Assembly (NCBI GenBank): GCA_965207675.1
Contig: CBDBMY010000008.1
Coordinates: forward strand, 8,545 to 72,544
DNA length: 64,000 nt
Source: Vicinamibacterales bacterium
GTDB lineage: Bacteria > Acidobacteriota > Vicinamibacteria > Vicinamibacterales > UBA8438
Direction: 5' to 3'
In this document: positions 60,507-64,000 of the stretch, one piece after another
Position numbering within the stretch: the stretch's first letter is position 1
Layout of the letters: the number at the start of each line of letters is the position of its first letter
Made by a program: the position numbers and the translations under genes
Notes under the pieces: generated by a model
What the model was told of the DNA's origin: nothing
What the model saw: only the letters and a program-made list of their open reading frames with translations
Database searches by the model: none

Positions 60507-61022
60507 TCACCACGAGATCGACAGGGCGGCGCCCCCCTGCAGCGGCGAGATCGCCACGCGCTGCCGCCGGCTGCGGTACAGGTCCTGAAGCCGCTCCGAG
60601 CGGCTGACGTCGAGCACCGCGCCGATCACCCCCCCGAGGACGGCGCTCATGACGGGCAGCGAGAGGTCGGGATCCTCCGAGCCCGTGCCGACGAAGGCCA
60701 GCAGCATCGCGGGGGCGGCGCCGACCGCGAACCCGAGCGCCATGCCGTCCAGGATCGGGTCGTCCCAGAGCTGCTGCACGCGCCGGACGCGGGCCTCGTC
60801 CAGCCGGATCCTGCGGCCGTCAGCGTCGAGCACGCTTAGCGAGCCTGGCGAGATGTCGAGAACCGAGCCGATGATCACGTCGTCCCCGGGGGCCGTGACC
60901 ACCGCGATGCTCCTGCCGGCCCTGACCAACTCCGCGAGCTCGCGGAACGAGTCGACGGGCTGCGCCCCCGCGGAGGAGGCCGCGAGGGCGACCATGGCGG
61001 CGGCGGTTCGATGATGTCTCAT
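60507..61022 (-). CDS. Hypothetical secreted/envelope protein with Gly-zipper-like hydrophobic C-terminal region
   Basis: Inner part of ORF 60507..61508, from ATG 61022 (GGAGGAG upstream): MRHHRTAAAMVALAASSAGAQP (signal peptide)...SAVLGGVIGAVLD...ends ...ALSISW. Confidence 0.7.
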   Translation of the reverse strand: MRHHRTAAAMVALAASSAGAQPVDSFRELAELVRAGRSIAVVTAPGDDVIIGSVLDISPGSLSVLDADGRRIRLDEARVRRVQQLWDDPILDGMALGFAVGAAPAMLLAFVGTGSEDPDLSLPVMSAVLGGVIGAVLDVSRSERLQDLYRSRRQRVAISPLQGGAALSISW

Positions 61023-61096
61023 GTCTCCTCCTCGGCGCGCGGCCCCCGACCCGCCCCCGGAGGCCAGGGGCCGCAGAGTGGACGCCGCGCGGGCGG

Positions 61097-61783
61097 TCAA
61101 CGACTCTCCCAGAACCTCGTCTTCACCTCCACCCGCGCCTTCGCCTTCACGGTGCCGCCGCCGCTCGTCGCGGAGATCCAGGCCGACTCTCCGCTGCACC
61201 GGTACGCGCTCGTGCACGTGAGCGCGACGCTGACGTCGCCGTACACGAGCGAGGCGACCAGCTCGTCGCTGTCCGGCCAGTCCAGCTCGTAGAGGTGCAT
61301 GTCGATCTCCTCGACCGTCTCGACCCCTATCGCGTTGCACAGCGTTCCGTAGGGGCGGAGGAAGTAGCTGTAGCCGCCGTACCGCCTCTTGTTCTCCGGC
61401 ACGGTCTTCTGCCCCGTGCAGTGGTTGTCGTTGTAGGCGAGGCAGTCGGGCTTCGGGAGCTTCTTGGTGCAGGACTGCCACTGCAGCTTGTCGTCCTCGT
61501 CGTACCACCCGGCGAACTGATCGGTGTCACGGATCTCCCCGTACTGGGACGCAACGCCCCAGTTGCCGAAGCCTGACTGGTACTTGGACTTCTTCTTGCC
61601 GCAGCCGCTGTAGTGGCACTCCGAGCACTCCGCGTTGACGTGCCCGGGCACCCTGCGCTCGTAGTTGTACAGACTGACCTCCACGAAGCACCAGGCCACT
61701 GCCTCGATGGGGGTGCACAGCACGACGGCGGCCGCGAGGGCGCGCATCGTCCAGTGCGGCAACGAGTGAAAGTACGTGCTCAT
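61097..61783 (-). CDS. Hypothetical Cys-rich secreted protein
   Basis: 228 aa; GGAAGGAG 7 nt upstream of ATG 61783. Signal peptide ...MRALAAAVVLCTPIEAVA. Mature part is rich in C/Y/W/K/N/D, unlike the Ala/Arg/Gly-rich neighbours. Confidence 0.75.
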   Translation of the reverse strand: MSTYFHSLPHWTMRALAAAVVLCTPIEAVAWCFVEVSLYNYERRVPGHVNAECSECHYSGCGKKKSKYQSGFGNWGVASQYGEIRDTDQFAGWYDEDDKLQWQSCTKKLPKPDCLAYNDNHCTGQKTVPENKRRYGGYSYFLRPYGTLCNAIGVETVEEIDMHLYELDWPDSDELVASLVYGDVSVALTCTSAYRCSGESAWISATSGGGTVKAKARVEVKTRFWESR

Positions 61784-61843
61784 TTTTGGTCTCCTTCCTC
61801 ATCTGCGGGTTGCCCCAGGTCCTCCGACCGCCGCGCGCGTTTT

Positions 61844-62707
61844 TCACGGCAGCGTGAGGACGATGTTCGACCGTTTCGTTCCGGGGGCGATCGAGAACGT
61901 CTCCACCTCGGATCGGCGCCCGGCGAACTCCGCCTGGAGCGCGATCGTCGTGGAGGGCATCAGGCCGTCGAGTCCGAACACGCCGTCCGCTTCCGTCAAG
62001 GGTCGGCCGCCGACGAAGTCCTCGACGAGGCCGGCGCCCGCCAGCTCCGGGTACGCCGCGGTCACAACGGCGCCCGCCACGGGGTTCCCTCGCGCGTCCC
62101 TGACCTGGCCCTCGGCCTGCGCCGCGAGCATCATGCCGATCCGCACGAAGCGCGTCTTGCCGCCCTCGACGCTCGCGCTGCCGACGAACGGCGCGTACCC
62201 GTCCGCGCGGGCCGTCACGAGCGCCGGCCCCGTCGGGAGATCCGTCATCTGAAACTTGCCCTGCACCGCAGTGGCCGCGCGCGACAGGACGTTGCCGGGG
62301 GACTGCACGAGCACGCGCACCCGCGCCGAGATCGGCCGTCCGGTCGCGAGGTCGGCCACCGTGCCGCCCAGGATCGCGGGCGGGGTCAGCGCCACGAGTA
62401 GCGTACTGGCGCCGGTAGTGGGCGGCCACCTCCGGCGGGCGGTGCCGAAGTCCCTGGCGGTGACCGTCACCACGCCGCGCCGGCCGGCCGAGAGCTCGAA
62501 GTACCCCTTCGAGTCGGTCGTCGTCGTCTGCGGCGGCTGGCCCGCCTCCTCGTACCGCACGGCGGCGTTGGCCACCGGCTGCTGCGAGGCCGCCGACATC
62601 ACGGTTCCGTTCACCTTCCGCCCGCGGTCCACCTGCGCCGTGGCAGGCGCAGCGACCACGAGGGCCGCGAGTGCGGCCCAGATACCCCAACATCGATGCC
62701 GTCTCAT
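61844..62707 (-). CDS. Secreted protein with about 3 carboxypeptidase-regulatory-like (CarboxypepD_reg) beta-sandwich repeats
   Basis: 287 aa; TAGGAGGTG upstream. Signal peptide WAALAALVVAAPATAQ. Repeats of the type V.G.V.d...g.P...A.V......TD..G.F.l. Confidence 0.75.
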   Translation of the reverse strand: MRRHRCWGIWAALAALVVAAPATAQVDRGRKVNGTVMSAASQQPVANAAVRYEEAGQPPQTTTTDSKGYFELSAGRRGVVTVTARDFGTARRRWPPTTGASTLLVALTPPAILGGTVADLATGRPISARVRVLVQSPGNVLSRAATAVQGKFQMTDLPTGPALVTARADGYAPFVGSASVEGGKTRFVRIGMMLAAQAEGQVRDARGNPVAGAVVTAAYPELAGAGLVEDFVGGRPLTEADGVFGLDGLMPSTTIALQAEFAGRRSEVETFSIAPGTKRSNIVLTLP

Positions 62708-63205
62708 GCTTCACCTCCTACGCATAGGAGGCGGGCAGGGCCGGATCGGTTACACGCCTTTTCGGCCGTGCACTCCTGATAGAGGAGAGCCGCCCGAGGG
62801 CGAGGCCTTCCAGGGTCTGCTGGCGCACTGCGCGAGCAGTCACAAGCGAGCCGGGACCGCTCATCTCCCGGCTCGCCGCTCATCAGCAACTCAGACAGCG
62901 CAGAACTCCAGGTAGCCAGGTCTCGGGCGGCCAGACCGAGGCCGCCGCTGGTCGTCAGGCCAGGATGGCCCGCCGATCGAGGAGGACCTCGATCGGATCG
63001 GAAGGCGCGATCATGGTCACCGAAATCAGGCGAGAGCGTCTGAGAGCGTCAAGGATGGTGACGAGGATGAGTGAAGCTGAACAGCTCAGGTCGGGATCAG
63101 AGGTCGGCAGCGGCCAGGCTGGATGTGTAGTCGATCTACACGTAGGGCGCAGCAGAATTCCGGACCAGATTTTCAAGACGGGACAACACCGGTCGACCAG
63201 CCGTC

Positions 63206-63234
63206 TTGACAACGTCGGACGTGCTCACTACGAT
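63206..63234 (+). promoter_or_regulatory. Candidate sigma70 promoter upstream of the csp leader
   Basis: TTGACA (63206-63211), 17 nt, TACGAT (63229-63234). Confidence 0.5.
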
Positions 63235-63240
63235 GGCCTT

Positions 63241-63314
63241 TCGGCTCAAGGGTCGAGCCCGCCTCAGTACGGTACAGGGGTTCGACCCGCAGACCGCTCG
63301 CGCGGTCTTTTTTT
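63241..63314 (+). ncRNA. Candidate short (about 75 nt) terminated leader transcript / attenuator or sRNA upstream of csp
   Basis: Bounded by the promoter above and an intrinsic terminator. Hairpin GGGTCGA(63250-56)/TCGACCC(63282-88), then the terminator hairpin. Confidence 0.3.
63291..63314 (+). terminator. Intrinsic terminator-like hairpin with T7 tract
   Basis: AGACCGC-tcgc-GCGGTCT followed by TTTTTT. A T-run of this length stands out in this GC-rich DNA. Confidence 0.55.
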
Positions 63315-63396
63315 GTGCACCCATGGCGCAACGTCTTCATGGGTCCGGGAGTTGGGGGCGTGGCGCGTCACGCCCCTCCAAAAAAGAGGAAGCACG

Positions 63397-63603
63397 ATGC
63401 GCATCACCGGCAAGGTCAAGTGGTTCAACAACGCCAAGGGGTACGGATTCATCGAGCGTGAAGGCGGAAGCGACGTCTTCGTGCACTTCTCGGCGATTCA
63501 GGGGAACGGTTTTCGCACGCTGGAAGAGGGTCAGGCCGTGGAGTTCGAGATCGTCGACGGACCCAAGGGTCCCCAGGCAGGCAGCGTCACCCGAAGCGAG
63601 TAG
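63397..63603 (+). CDS. Cold-shock protein (CspA family)
   Basis: 68 aa; [46 protein letters not shown]... (RNP1 KGYGFI, RNP2 VFVHF). Confidence 0.96.
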   Translation: MRITGKVKWFNNAKGYGFIEREGGSDVFVHFSAIQGNGFRTLEEGQAVEFEIVDGPKGPQAGSVTRSE

Positions 63604-63611
63604 GTCCGTCC

Positions 63612-63636
63612 GGCCCGGCCGCGCCGCGGCCGGGCC
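63612..63636 (+). terminator. GC-rich palindrome immediately after csp (possible terminator, no T tract)
   Basis: GGCCCGGCCGCG-c-CGCGGCCGGGCC. Confidence 0.3.
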
Positions 63637-63894
63637 GCTCATTCCGCCCCCGCGCTTCCCACCCCCGAGACCGACATCGAGAACGCGGCCGTCACAACGC
63701 CGGGGCGATGGTAGACTGAGCCCGGACATCGTCACCGGCCGCACCGACTGCCGCCCCGCCGAGTCTGACGGGATTCCGCGTCGTCGTGCACAGGCGCCCC
63801 GGACGGCGTCGCCCGTCGTCGCCGCGGGGCAGGCGATGGTATCCGAATCGGGGCGCAGCGGCAAGACGGCGACCCACGTCGGCGCGGCGGCGCC

Positions 63895-64000
63895 ATGACC
63901 ACCCCCCGCATTCTGCCGTCCATCGATCGCCTGCGACGGCGCCCGCTCGTCCGCGCTCTCGAGACCGAGTACGGCCGCGAGGCGGCCCTCGACGCCTTGC
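63895..64000 (+). CDS. Possible start of a SelA-like (L-seryl-tRNA(Sec) selenium transferase family) gene, truncated by the window end
   Basis: ATG 63895: MTTPRILPSIDRLRRRPLVRALETEYGREAALDAL... resembles the SelA N-terminus (LP.iD.LL.......l....G). Only 35 codons are visible. Confidence 0.35.
   Translation, partial: MTTPRILPSIDRLRRRPLVRALETEYGREAALDAL

Noticed and set aside
62955-63212. 85-aa minus-strand ORF, and the overlapping plus ORF 62965..63603, in the gap before csp.
   Set aside because: There is no SD, no recognisable domain and an odd composition. The plus ORF is simply an upstream in-frame extension of csp, and the minus ORF overlaps the csp promoter. I treat the region as non-coding.

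Overview
High-GC (roughly 65-70% G+C by eye) bacterial chromosome segment dominated by the core translation/transcription super-cluster, almost entirely on the minus strand. Gene order on that strand: tRNA-Thr/Tyr/Gly/Thr, tuf, rpmG, tRNA-Trp, secE, nusG, rplKAJL, rpoBC, rpsLG, fusA, a second tuf, then the S10, spc and alpha operons (rpsJ to rplQ). Upstream on the same strand lie rlmB, ispDF, radA, alr, dnaB, rplI-rpsR-rpsF, pth, rplY, prs, tRNA-Gln, ispE, a LolB-like lipoprotein and a TPR protein, an order typical of diderm bacteria. Plus-strand genes are two MacB/FtsX permeases and an EF-G paralog (left end), trm112 plus an O-antigen-ligase-like gene, an ECF sigma factor, a cold-shock protein and the start of a selA-like gene (right end). 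purH and a convergent operon of three secreted proteins lie between these. I saw no rRNA, CRISPR, transposase or integrase. Gene content is ordinary; the non-coding DNA is not. (1) At least 17 same-orientation copies of a modular hairpin repeat (Family A) fill abnormally long spacers inside essential operons. Most begin exactly on the upstream gene's TAG stop codon, and four donate a shared ...ESAP* tail to unrelated proteins. (2) TAG is the majority stop codon in this cluster. (3) A second repeat family (B) and twin perfect hairpins are present. (4) Several short tandem duplications copy the 3' ends of genes (radA, EF-G paralog, permease). (5) RpoB carries an 8-Cys zinc-ribbon-like insertion. 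(6) The csp gene has a promoter plus a short terminated leader. The many very long antisense or out-of-frame ORFs in the track are GC-driven artefacts. Repeat boundaries and promoters are hand-derived and approximate.
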